64,000 nucleotides of DNA, from contig NC_087444.1 in the NCBI RefSeq assembly GCF_036321535.1, positions 74,152,001 to 74,216,000 on the forward strand. The letters are read 5' to 3'. The notes below the pieces were generated by a model. That model did not search any database, was not told where the DNA came from, and worked only from the letters and a program-made list of their open reading frames with translations. Positions within the stretch are counted from its first letter, which is position 1, and the number at the start of each line of letters is the position of its first letter. The translations under genes were made by a program, and so were the position numbers. This DNA comes from Camelus dromedarius. Its lineage: Eukaryota. Positions 42,801 to 53,400 of this stretch are shown piece by piece.

Positions 42801-44064
42801 CCAGGTTCTTGCCCCGCCCTTCGACTCCAAGACCACACCTCTGGGTTCAGAACTCACTTGTCTGGGTTACTTCGGCCCCAATGCTGTCCCTTCCCGGAGT
42901 TACTCCCTCCTCATCCATCCCCCACAGCTCCTTCTATCCCAGATTTTCTCTCTTCCCAAGTTGCTTTTCCCATCTGAAATTTGCTCCCCTCAAATTTAGT
43001 TCCAATTTCGTCCCCGCATTTCCTTCCCCTACAGTTCCATCTTCCTCTGAGTTTCATCCTCCCAGTCCTATCCCTCCTAATTACTGTGCCCTCCAGTTCC
43101 ACATCCTGCCCACCGCACTCCATCCTTAACCTGCCTCATCCTCAGTTCCAGCTCTCTCACTCAGATGGTTCTTTTCTCATTCAGTGAATTCCTTCCCTCC
43201 TTGATTCCAACCCCCATTTCGATCTGCCCATTGTCCCTTCTAGTTCTTCCCATCCAGTTTCTTCGCCTTTGACTCCCATCCACCTGTTTCCATGTCTCTC
43301 CAGTTCTATTTCCCCTCTAAGCGCATCCTCCCATCTAGTTCCTTCATTTCTGATTTCTTTCCTCATGAGTTCCATCCCCTAGTGTTATACTCACCCCCAG
43401 TTGCTGGCCATTATTCCCTCCTTACCCTGAGTTATATCCCCGTCCTTTAAGTTCTGTCCCCAACCCTTGAAGTTGTATCCCCTCCCCCTTTGATATTTCT
43501 CCACTCCCTGAGTTCTGTCCCCTCCCCTGGGATCTGTCCATGCTCTGATTTTTGCTCCCACCCCGTGGAATCGGCACCTGGAATCTGCCAGTCTGAGTTC
43601 TGTCCCGACCCACTGAGTCCCTTCCCCCTGGGATCTGTCCTGCCTCTCTGAGATCTGTCCCCGCCCTCTGAGTTCTTACCCCGCCCCTGAATTCCAGCCC
43701 TGCCCTCTAGGGTTGAACCTCGACTCTCTCCGTCCCCAGGCGGCTGGCAGGTCTCGCCCTGCTCCTTTCTCCGCCAGCCCCTCTCCCCGACGCTGAGTTC
43801 ACCTCCAGAACCAGGCCCCAGGAGGGTGCTCCTTTCCTCATTGCCTCCCTGCGTCGGGCCAAAAATGTACTGGGGATGAAATTTTCATGATGTGGCACAG
43901 GTCCACGAGGGAGTGGGAGGGAGCAACCGGCGCGGCGGGTGGGCGCCACGGAAGAGGGGAACAGCCAGCCACTGCCCGCTGCAGCTTTTCGCCTCTAGCT
44001 TCGTTTTGCTGGATCTCTGGGTGTCACAATTTTGTCTCTGCTTGAGAAAACCTCGGATTCCCAG

Positions 44065-44148
44065 GGAGGAGAGGCTGGGGGCTGGGACTCCTGGGTCTGA
44101 GGGAGGAGGGAGCCGGGGGCCGGGACTCCAAGGTCTGAGGGAGGAGTA
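44065..44148 (+). repeat. MSR1-like minisatellite (about 2.5 copies, period 38) upstream of SLC17A7
   Basis: GGGACTCCTGGGTCTGAGGGAGGAGGG then GGGACTCCAAGGTCTGAGGGAGGAG; GGACTCC at 44085 and 44123. Confidence 0.75.
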
Positions 44149-44754
44149 GTCCGCGGAGCCGTCCACAGGCGCCACCCTGTGGCGGCAGAATTTCGGGTCT
44201 GGGTGCGGAGGCGGCGGTCCCGGCTCTGCGCCAGGTGTGAAGGTGGAGCAGATGGTGAAGAGGAGGGAGTGGGAAGGGGCCCCTGCCGCTGCCAAATCTC
44301 GGGCCTTCGCTGGAACCATCACCATGGAAACCGAAGAAGAGAGAAAAGACCCAGCCCCACTCTTTCCGGACCCAGGAATGAGTGCTTAAGCCTCCCACGG
44401 AGGGTTTCCATTCAAACTACAAGTCCCAGAGGCCGCTGGACTTCAGCGTTTGCTTCGGAAGGGCCGCGTACTCTGAGGGCAGCTGGGAGTTGTAGTTCTC
44501 TGAGGCAATGGGCTGAAGCTGCGTTGCGCCCTCTGGTGGACACGGCGCCCAAGTTCGCTTCCGCAGAGGCCCTACAGACCTTACCCAGTGTCATCATCCC
44601 CAAACCTTTTCGTCTGGCCCTCTTCTCCCCCTTTCCCCACCCAATTCACTCCATCCCGGCCACACTACCTCCTCGCTGTTCTTCCAACGTCTACTACTGA
44701 GGCTCCTGCCTTTACCTCTCTTCCTAGGACTCACTATGAAAGAAGACGATGTTG

Positions 44755-45140
44755 GCAACCATTCATTAATTCAACGAATTATTTGAATTCCTACTAGGTG
44801 TCAGGCATTGTCGCACCATAGTGGACATAGCTCTAAAAAGAGTAACACTAGGTGTTGGGGACTACAAGAGGAGGATTCTAACTCAGCCAGGAACGGTCAG
44901 AGGAAGATTGAAGTTTGAAAAGCTTTCTAGGGAAAGCTCACTAAAAGGGATGACCGAGTGTGGGAGTCGGGAAACGTCCCCTGTGAGGGCAAACAGCTAG
45001 TTGTCCTGGAGTAGACCCGGGTAGATGTAGTGGAGAAGAAGATGCTAAGTAGAGGGAACAGCCAAAACTAAGAAGAGGTGCCAAAAAATGGGTGTGGTCA
45101 GGACACTGTTCAGTTTGACTAGACTCAGTGGGAAGAAGAC
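44755..45140 (-). mobile_element. L2 3' end fragment between SLC17A7 and PIH1D1
   Basis: ATTCATTAATTCAACGAATTATTTGAATTCCTACTAGGTGTCAGGCATTG is the reversed L2 tail. Confidence 0.6.
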
Positions 45141-45407
45141 AAAATGGGGCACGAGGGGGACCAGATCCTATGGAGTCTTTTCCTAGGGGCCATAAACAGG
45201 AGAGGGGCAAGGTCAGCTCTGGGGCCTCGTGGGAGACTAATAAGGGGAGAGACTGGAGGCCAGGAGGCCAGGGAGACGATCCCAGGGAGAGGATGAGGGC
45301 TGAGATAGAGCAGTGACCCCTAAGGGACTCCAGGACTCCAGTCCAATGTCCCTTTTCCCTCCCACTCCCCATGTACTCCTAGCCAGACACAGAACAAATG
45401 CAAAATC

Positions 45408-45419
45408 TTTATTTTTATT
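45408..45419 (-). terminator. PIH1D1 tandem polyadenylation signals (AATAAA x2)
   Basis: TTTATTTTTATT on the plus strand, 45 nt beyond the stop. Confidence 0.85.
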
Positions 45420-45464
45420 TTAGAGAAGCCAACAGCCTCTCCTCTCCACATAGAAGCCACCTGG

Positions 45465-48400
45465 TCAAGAAGGCGCCAACAGAAGGGGCATCGCCACCAT
45501 CAGTTGCTGAGGAGAGAGAAAGGAGAAAGAGGATTCAGATCCCAGGAGTCCAGCCCCAGCCCCTCTTCCCTCAGTCCCAGGAGCCCAGGCCCCTCTAGTG
45601 TCCCTGCTTCCCTGCACCCCCCCGCCGGCCTCTCAGGTACCTTTCTCTTCCTATGGAAGGCTGCCCTGCTCTCATCACAGTTGATCCGCAGGGGGATGTA
45701 GGCATCCAGATAGTACAGCTGCTGGGGGCCCCCCATCACCAGGCGATTCTCCCCCATCTCTAGCGACAGCCCCAGAGCTCCATCCTAGGGATGCAGTGAA
45801 ATTCGAATCAGCCCACCTTTCCCTCCCCAGCAACAGGATGTTAAGTACACGGACTGGAGAGAGAACCCTCGTGTGTCCAGAAACCATATTTAAAAAGTTT
45901 AATCCCTCATGAAAAAGGCAGGACACAGTAATTACAGGTCTCCACAACTGAGCACTTACGATGCCCTGCGCATCCTCAAGACAGCACCGGAAGTGGGCCT
46001 GAAGACCCCCTGGGACAGAGGAGGCAGCCGTGCTTAGAGGGCAACGCCAACCAGCTCACACAGGTCTGGCAACAAGCCCACATCACTCCCTCTCCGAGAC
46101 CCCAACCCTCTCCAACTTCATTCTCCTGCTCTGGTCCAAGGGTGCACTCACCAGTTTGGGAAGGTCGATTTCAGCCAAAAGGAGGTCAGGGGCTTCCAGC
46201 CAAAGGTTCAGATGAGGCTTCTCAGGGCTGGGGAGGAACAAGGCTCTGAATTGAGGAGAGCCACCAGGGTTTTGCCAAGGCTGTTCCCTCTTCCTCCCTC
46301 CCAGCCCTACGGCCACAGGACACCTTTCCAGGGGGAGTTCTGTTTCTCCTCCCTCTGGGTTCCCAGAGCCCCAGGACACTGCCCTCCACGGGAAGGAAGG
46401 ATTGAAGGTGAGATTCCAAAGAATTTTGGGGAGACAGGAGAGAGGGAACCCATCGAAGGCCCACCCTTCCTCATGTCTCAGGGACTCTGGCGTGTACAGG
46501 TTTCCCAGCTCCTGGATCCGAGGATGCTGCTGGGAGCGGATATTTTGCTGGGAGATGGAGCCCAGGAAAGGCCTGTTCTTCAGCATGCGCCACTCTGAGG
46601 GAAAGAAGGGGGTCTTGCGCTGTGAGAACCTCAGGGGAGAAGCTCTGGCCTCTGCCAAGGATGCCTGGGATCTGACCACACCCTCAAGCTTGACTTGAGG
46701 GAGCCCGCCTGCCTTAGCCCCGCCCTCCTAGGCTTTCCAGACCCCGCCGCTTATCTGGAATCCCCAGCCTCATCCCTCTCTCTCTACTCTAAGCTCACAT
46801 AGCCCTCTCCCAGAAGTCCATGGTCCATGGGCTAATAAAACTCCCTGCCCACACTGGCCCCACTTCTCCCAAAGGCTGCCCTAAGCTGCTCTGGGCTCCT
46901 CCCCCGTGGCCCAGGCCCCGCCCCTCACCTGGATTCAGCTGCAGGCTGTACTTGTCCTCAAGGCCCTCTCTGGCGATGGTGATCACGAGCTCTCGCAAGA
47001 AATCGCTGTTCTAGGAGAGAGAGAGAGAGAAAAGATGCAGGAGGGCTACCGAGTGGAGGGAGAGGCCCCGTCCCAGGCCTCACCCGCAGCTCCGCCCCCA
47101 ACCTGCATCCTCCGGTAGAAGTCGCTGTTGACAGCTACGTCGTAGGCAGTACAACCCTGGCCTTCTGCGGGGAAAGAAAGGGGGTGAGACCCCCAGCCCT
47201 CCGTGGGACCCCCACCGCCCAGGCACAGACAAGGAAACCACAATCAAGGCCAGCAGCCAGAGACCCAGAAAGACCCAGAGACAATTACGAAGTCAAGACA
47301 CGAACTTGCCAGTATGGACTCACACCAGCTTCCTCTCCACCTCCAGTCTCTTCCCCGCTGAGTCCCAGAGCTGACCCTGCCTCTCCTCGGTTCACAGTCC
47401 TCCCAAGGCTCCCTAACGCCCACAGGGGTAGGGCTGAGGCCTTCAGCCTGGTGCTGGACCCCATGTGGTCTCCCACCTGTAGAGAAGCTCACTTCTCCAG
47501 CGACCTCATCCCTTTAAATTTCTTCCAATCACTCTCGATTACTGACCAATCCAATTTAATCATTCTCTCCCATCTCTGGATCCCTTCGTCCTCTTTGCTT
47601 AGAACCCTCTTCTCTGTCTTGGCCTGACAAACTCCTCTGGTTCCTTCTAATCTTTTATCTGATGTTCTTCCGCCAGGAAGCCTTCCCTGATCCCTCAGTG
47701 GGACCCCTCCCGCAGCACAGAATCACACCATATTGAAATCGAAGGAGGGGCTCCTTCACCGTCACTCAAGACTGAGAGTTTCTCAAGGGCAGGTTCTGGG
47801 TTTGATAAGTCCCTTCTCCCCAGGGCACTGGCCCAGACTTCATTCCAGGAGGCTTCAGGGGACATATGAGCACAGAAAAAACAAGGATAAAGAGACAAAC
47901 TCAACAGAGAAAGAGGTGAGACAAGGCAGAGAGATAGAGACAAGGGAAAAGGGTGGAGGGGCAAACAGATGAGAGTGAGAGCTGGCCGGGACTAGGACCA
48001 GAAGATCAGTTAAGTAGCACACCTGCCCAGCCCTCCCTCCCCCTGGGGTGGGGCAGGGAGAGGTGCCAGCCTGGCTAGGTGGGCAAATCAGGACTATCCA
48101 GTGTGGGTGCTGGATGCCCAGGAGGCTAGGAATACACGATGAGGGAAAGGATCAGACCAGGGGGCTGGGTTTCTAGATCCTGAGGGAGGAGGGTCCCGGG
48201 CCCTGGATTCTTGGATCCCAGGGAAGAAAGGAGGCCAGATTCCTGGGTCCTCTGAAGGCACTGACTTGCATCCAATTCAGCATGCGGCTCTCCCAGACTC
48301 ATGGGGATGCGAAACCCGGCTTGGTCCTCCTCCAGCATTTGAAGCAGCTCATCCTCAGTCAAGTCAGCCGGAGGAGGGATGGAGGGAGAGTGACAGATGT

Positions 48401-49523
48401 TGATGAAAACCTTCCCTTCAAGTGAGTGGGTCTTTATGCAGAAACCTGGTGGGAATGGGTTTCTCCTTGACCATCTGCATGGGTCTCTGTGTCCATCCAT
48501 CCTTCCTCAGTCTCCATCCTTCCTTTGATCTGTCCCCTACTTTAAGCATCAGTTCTCCACTTTCTGGGTCTGTTCCCCACCCCACCCCTGAGATTTCTGA
48601 CTCTATCTTTGAGTCTCTGTCCCCCTAGTCAATGCTGTCCTCCCCCTCCTGTCTGGATCTTGTCCCCTTCCCTGCTCTCTCTCAGTCTCCATTCACTCCC
48701 ACCACCCCAATGCCTCTGTACCCCATTACTGTGTCTCCTTCGTCCCTCCTCTCCCTATGTCCCCTGCCCCCAGTCTGTGTCCACCTCTCTCTCTGGGCTT
48801 CTATCCCTCTCTTTGGGTTTCTGCCTTTCTCACCAGGCTGAGGTTGTATCTGTGTAGATTCTGGTCTGCTTGTCTGGGCTTGCTGGAGCTCCTTGGAGGC
48901 CTGTGTTAAGAAAAACAACTTCCAGGCTTGGCGTTTGTACTATCAGAACCCCTTCATTTGTTGAGTGAACAATTTTTATGTATATGAGCTATGGAGGGCA
49001 CAGCTCCTACTATGTCCTTTTCTTCCTTTGAGGAACCCAAAGAATAAGACCGGGGCCGGGCGGAGGGTATAGCTCAAGTGGCAGAGTGCGTGCTTAGCAT
49101 GAACAATGACATGGGTTCATTCCCCAGTATCGCCTCTAAAAATAATGAAATAAACCTAATTACCTCCCTCCCCTCAAAAACCCCCCAAAACAAACAACAA
49201 GCTCGATCTCACCCCGATTTCTTCCAGTGCCTAGCAAACTTGAAGTTAAACAACTACAATTCCCGTAGGCCCTGTTGCCTACCTAATGCATTCTGGGAGC
49301 CGTAGTCCCATTTCTGAGGGAGCGCGCGAGCGCTCTCTCCCTCTCTTTCTCCCTCTCTCTCCCTTTCTCTTCCTCCCCCCGCCCCCACAACCTCCGGAAT
49401 CCCCAGGGACCCAGGAGTCCGTTCAGTCTGCACCTGAAGCAGCAGCTCCTCCAAACGCGCCGTCTCAGCGCCCATTGTCTCCTCCTCGTTTATCTCCGTC
49501 ACCAGCAGCTTCGAGTCGGCCAT
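45465..49523 (-). CDS. PIH1D1: PIH1 domain-containing protein 1 (R2TP co-chaperone subunit), 9 exons, 290 aa
   Basis: Exons (minus): 49523-49434, 48900-48834, 48445-48266, 47164-47103, 47010-46929, 46594-46465, 46227-46152, 45784-45641, 45506-45465 (873 nt). Contains GFCIKT...GKVFINICHSPSIPPP, FRIPMSLGEPH and YDVAVNSDFY. Phosphopeptide-binding residues K57, K64, K166 and R168 are all present at the expected positions. Confidence 0.97.
49060..49200 (+). mobile_element. tRNA-derived SINE (camelid-type) in PIH1D1 intron 1
   Basis: GGAGGGTATAGCTCAAGTGGCAGAGTGCGTGCTTAGCATG...GGGTTCATTCCCCAGTATCGCCTC: A-box TAGCTCAAGTGG, degenerate B-box, then an A-rich tail containing AAATAAACCTAATTACCTCC. Confidence 0.85.
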
Positions 49524-50473
49524 GGCCCTGGGGAAGAAACCTAGGCGTCCTCAGTAACCCCGATGCTGGGGAACCATCGGCGGAATCCGAACTCTTAAGT
49601 CGGCTCCCGGGCCCTCAACCGGCTCCCGACACCCACTATTCTGTAAGAAAATCTAAGAATCTGTCCTGAGACTAGTTTCACTCAGACCAGATACTGTCGT
49701 CAAACCTCTTGGGAGCCAGTATCTCTAAACGCTCTCTTAAGTCCTCTGTGCCAAACGTGTAAATGACAGCCACTCTTCCGGTCTCTGCGTAACCAGGAAC
49801 TTGAGTAGGCCACACTTCCTACTAACCCAACGCTCGTTCCTCAAACCTGCCAACAGCATTCCGTTACCAATCACAGACCAATCTAGTCTGTCTGAAGCCA
49901 CGCCTCTCAACTCAACCAATCAAAACTAAATCCTGAGAGTCTCTAAATGCCATACTTCCTGTGTCGATTAAAGCCATACTTACGCTCCTTCCAGACAGCC
50001 TCATCTGGCCAGGTTACTGGGCAGTTAAGGCTGGCACACTTTAAAAACCTTAATTTCAGTGTCCATCCTAAACGACTCCCTTCTAATCTCTGAACAATCG
50101 CTTCGTCCCCGAGGTAGATTCGATTCTCTAGTAACTGCATTGTGGACGAAAAGCTGCACTTTCGGCCTCCAATATGAATAGGGTGGCGGGAAGAGACCAA
50201 AAGGCCACTCTTCTAGATCTGGAGCCATCCTACTTGCAAGGCACCCACATTTCAGCTCCCCACTCCTCCCCCACTCCCCCGCTTTGAGGACTGCGCATGC
50301 TCCAAACTACCCCACGGACCTATAGGAGGGGTCACTGGGACCTAAGGCGGGGTTACGCTCTAATCTCCCGTAGCCCCGCCTTTTGGGCTGGAGGGGGCGG
50401 TGCCGCCCTTTGGACCTCAAGGTTTCCTTGGGCACAGCGCCCCGCAGCTCGTGGAAAGCTCCCCGGGAGCGTA
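49524..50473. promoter_or_regulatory. Bidirectional promoter of PIH1D1 and ALDH16A1
   Basis: Divergent ATGs 950 bp apart. CTTCCGG (ETS, 49775-49781), several CCAATC (49866-49921), TGCGCATGC (NRF1-like, around 50293) and CpG-rich sequence. A ZNF143-type motif pair lies nearby at 49253-49306. Confidence 0.75.
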
Positions 50474-53400
50474 ATGGCTGCGACGCGAGCGGAGCCCCGC
50501 GCCCGCGAGATCTTCACCACGCTGGAGTACGGACCCGTGCCGGAGAGCCACGCATGCGCACTGGTGAGGGCCTGCCTGGCCGGCGCTGCCCATCCCCCTC
50601 CCTAGCTCTCCGGGCCGCGTTTTGCGCGCAGACTCCCGTGATCCACCGCGACAGCTCAGCAACTCCGCCCCTCTCAGCTCCCGTGATTCCCGCCACTCCT
50701 TAGGACCCACCCCTGGAGGACGTCCTCTTGAGCCCTTATGGTTGCTCAGCCCTTTAGTCTGTTCTCGTGAGTCCTGGTAGCTGTCGTGTTCCACGGTCCA
50801 AAACTCCCGGTGGTGCTTCTCCAATTCTTCAGAAACCCCCGAGTGGGTCCTTTGATTCTTCAGGACCTCCCGTGAACCCCCAGAATTCCTGTGGAGCCCC
50901 CGTGATCTTCCAGGAACCCGCGCAGACTTCCCGTGATTCCTCAGACCATCCTTTGGCTCCCGGGGTCCCCCGGAATTCCTGGGGGGGGCTCCCTTCATCA
51001 TACGGAGACCTCAATGGAGCCTCCGTGATTCCTCAGGGTCACCCCAATATTTGTGGGGTACCTATAGTCTCAGGACCTCTCAACCGCAGAATACATCAGA
51101 ACTTTATGTAACTGCCTTCAGCTACTCAGAATAACCTCGTGGGGCTCCCGTGATCCCTCGGTCCCCTAGAACGCTCTTGGGATTCCTGTATATAAGTAGA
51201 ATTTTGTATAATTATTCAGCCCCCTCAGAATTCCCCCATGGGGCCGTCGTGATATCATCGGGTCTTCTAACACCCAGATGTGAAAAGTTTGGGCTTCCCT
51301 GGAGGGAGAAAGGAGGAGGTTAGAAAAGTGGTCCAGGTGGAAGAAGAGACCAGAGCCTAGTGTGGGCTGTGTTGGGGAGGAGGGGAGGAGGCAGAGATGC
51401 AGGAGGATCAGGGCTTGGGGCATTATGAGGGCAAGGACAGTGCCTCTGGTCTGGCTCTGTCCCTTTCCTTACACACCCTCCCCACCATGGTGAACTCAGA
51501 AGGAGTATAGTCACAGAAAGGATGGGAAAGCCCATGGGCTTGGTTATCACGTGGTAAGAATGAGAGGGACCAGGGGACAGCCTTGGGCCATGTGCAGGAG
51601 TCAAATACTACTTTTGTCGGCTCCTCAAGTCTGGAGACCAGGACCTACCTGTCCCCAGTGTAGAAAGATAATTGAATGCTGGGGATTATGAGATTATCTA
51701 GAAATGTAGTGAAGACTCAGATAAGAAGATCTGGGATGGAGTACAGAGAATTCCCACACTTCGAGGCTGATTAGAGATGGACTATCCTGAAATAGCGATA
51801 ATGTGATAATAGCTGAGATTTATTGGGCGATTTCTATGTACCAGTCTCTGTGCTCAGCATGATCTCATTTAATCCCCAAAACAGCTGTCTTACAGGATTA
51901 TTGTCATTACTTTAGCCATAGCACCCAGAGGTTAAAGAGGTAAGTAATTTGCCCATGGTCAACACAGCTTAAAAAATGTAAAACTGACATTTGAACCTGA
52001 GCCCTAGGATTCTAGAGCCACAGACCCCCCCTCCACCTCTCTCGAAGCTCAACCTTGCAATCTGTGGGTCAGACTCAACCAACAAACAAATTTTCTTTGG
52101 CCTGAACTTTATTTTTTTTAATGTGCATTAGCAGACAATTAAGTCTATGTAAACATCCTGGATTCTAGCATCTGTTGAAAATAAAATCCCAATATTTGGC
52201 AACCTCTGGCTCACATTCCCTGACAAAAATCATCTGGATCCAATAGCTGTCTTTTTAGACAAGTCGTGAGTTCCCAGTCTCCCAGTTCCAAGCCCTCTTC
52301 TCACACTAACGTGGCCTGCCAGGACCCTGTGGAACATTCTTTTGGGGTTTTGTTTTTCTTTTGGGGGACAATTTTGCAAGTCCACAGAGTACTTAAATGA
52401 TGAACTTCCACTTACCTATCACTCAGTTTCAACAGTCATCAACATTGAGTCCAATGTTGTATCTTCTTTTTTTTTCTGGAGTGTTTATTTTCCCATAAAT
52501 ATTTGAATCTTCATTGCTAACAGATAAGGATTCATTTTGGAACATAACTGCCATGCCATTTTCATATTAACAATGTTAATCCTCATTCTTTAATACCATC
52601 TAATGCCCAGCTCATATCCATATATCCCCCAGTATTTAAAAAACGTGTCTTCCTGTAGGGGTTGGGGAGGGTCTTTTAATTTGGAACTTCTTGCTGAATT
52701 TTTACTTTACTTAAAATTGTCTTTAAAGAAAGAATGAGAAGGTGCCATTGGTAGGATAGAGAGAAATCAGGAGACTGGCGTCAGGGATGCTAAGATAAAA
52801 CAGTTTACAGAAGGAAAAAGTGGGATGTGTGTCTTAGATTTAGCAAGGATTTAGGGAAGACAGGACCAGGGAGAGAGAGAAACAGGAAGCAGATGTAGAG
52901 GGTGAAAGGGAATAAAATTAGTAGAAAGTCTTAAGTAAGTGCTGCTCTGAGCATATGATGTATATTGAGCCATTTAATCCTCACCACAGCCCTGTGAGAT
53001 ATGGAGGGACTGTGGTTATCCCCATCTTCCAGATAGGTCAGCCGAGGCCGTGGTATTATAAGAGCCTATCTAAGGTTGAACAACAAAGAAATACTGAAGC
53101 CAGGATTCAAACCCCGCTCCAGGGACTTGGCACTAGGCCCTCATTGCCTTGGGCTCCATTAGACAAATCACAGCCAAATAAACCACACCTGGTAGGGCAG
53201 CATCAAGCCTGGGTCTTCAGGAGGGGTCACACCACTCCCCGGAGTGATGACAGCCCAGATGGGCGGGAACACCATCACACAGGTAGGTGCAGGAGGTGCC
53301 TGGCTTAAAAGCCCCACCTCCCAAAGAGAACCGGATGCCGCATGATACAATCTCATGGGCATCTCTTCCAGGGTCCTGGCAAGGGATGCACCCATCGCAA

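Noticed and set aside
49060-49145. tRNA gene
   Set aside because: tRNA-like A/B boxes are followed by an A-rich tail and lack a proper cloverleaf and acceptor stem. It is a SINE, and the same family occurs at 59797-59957.
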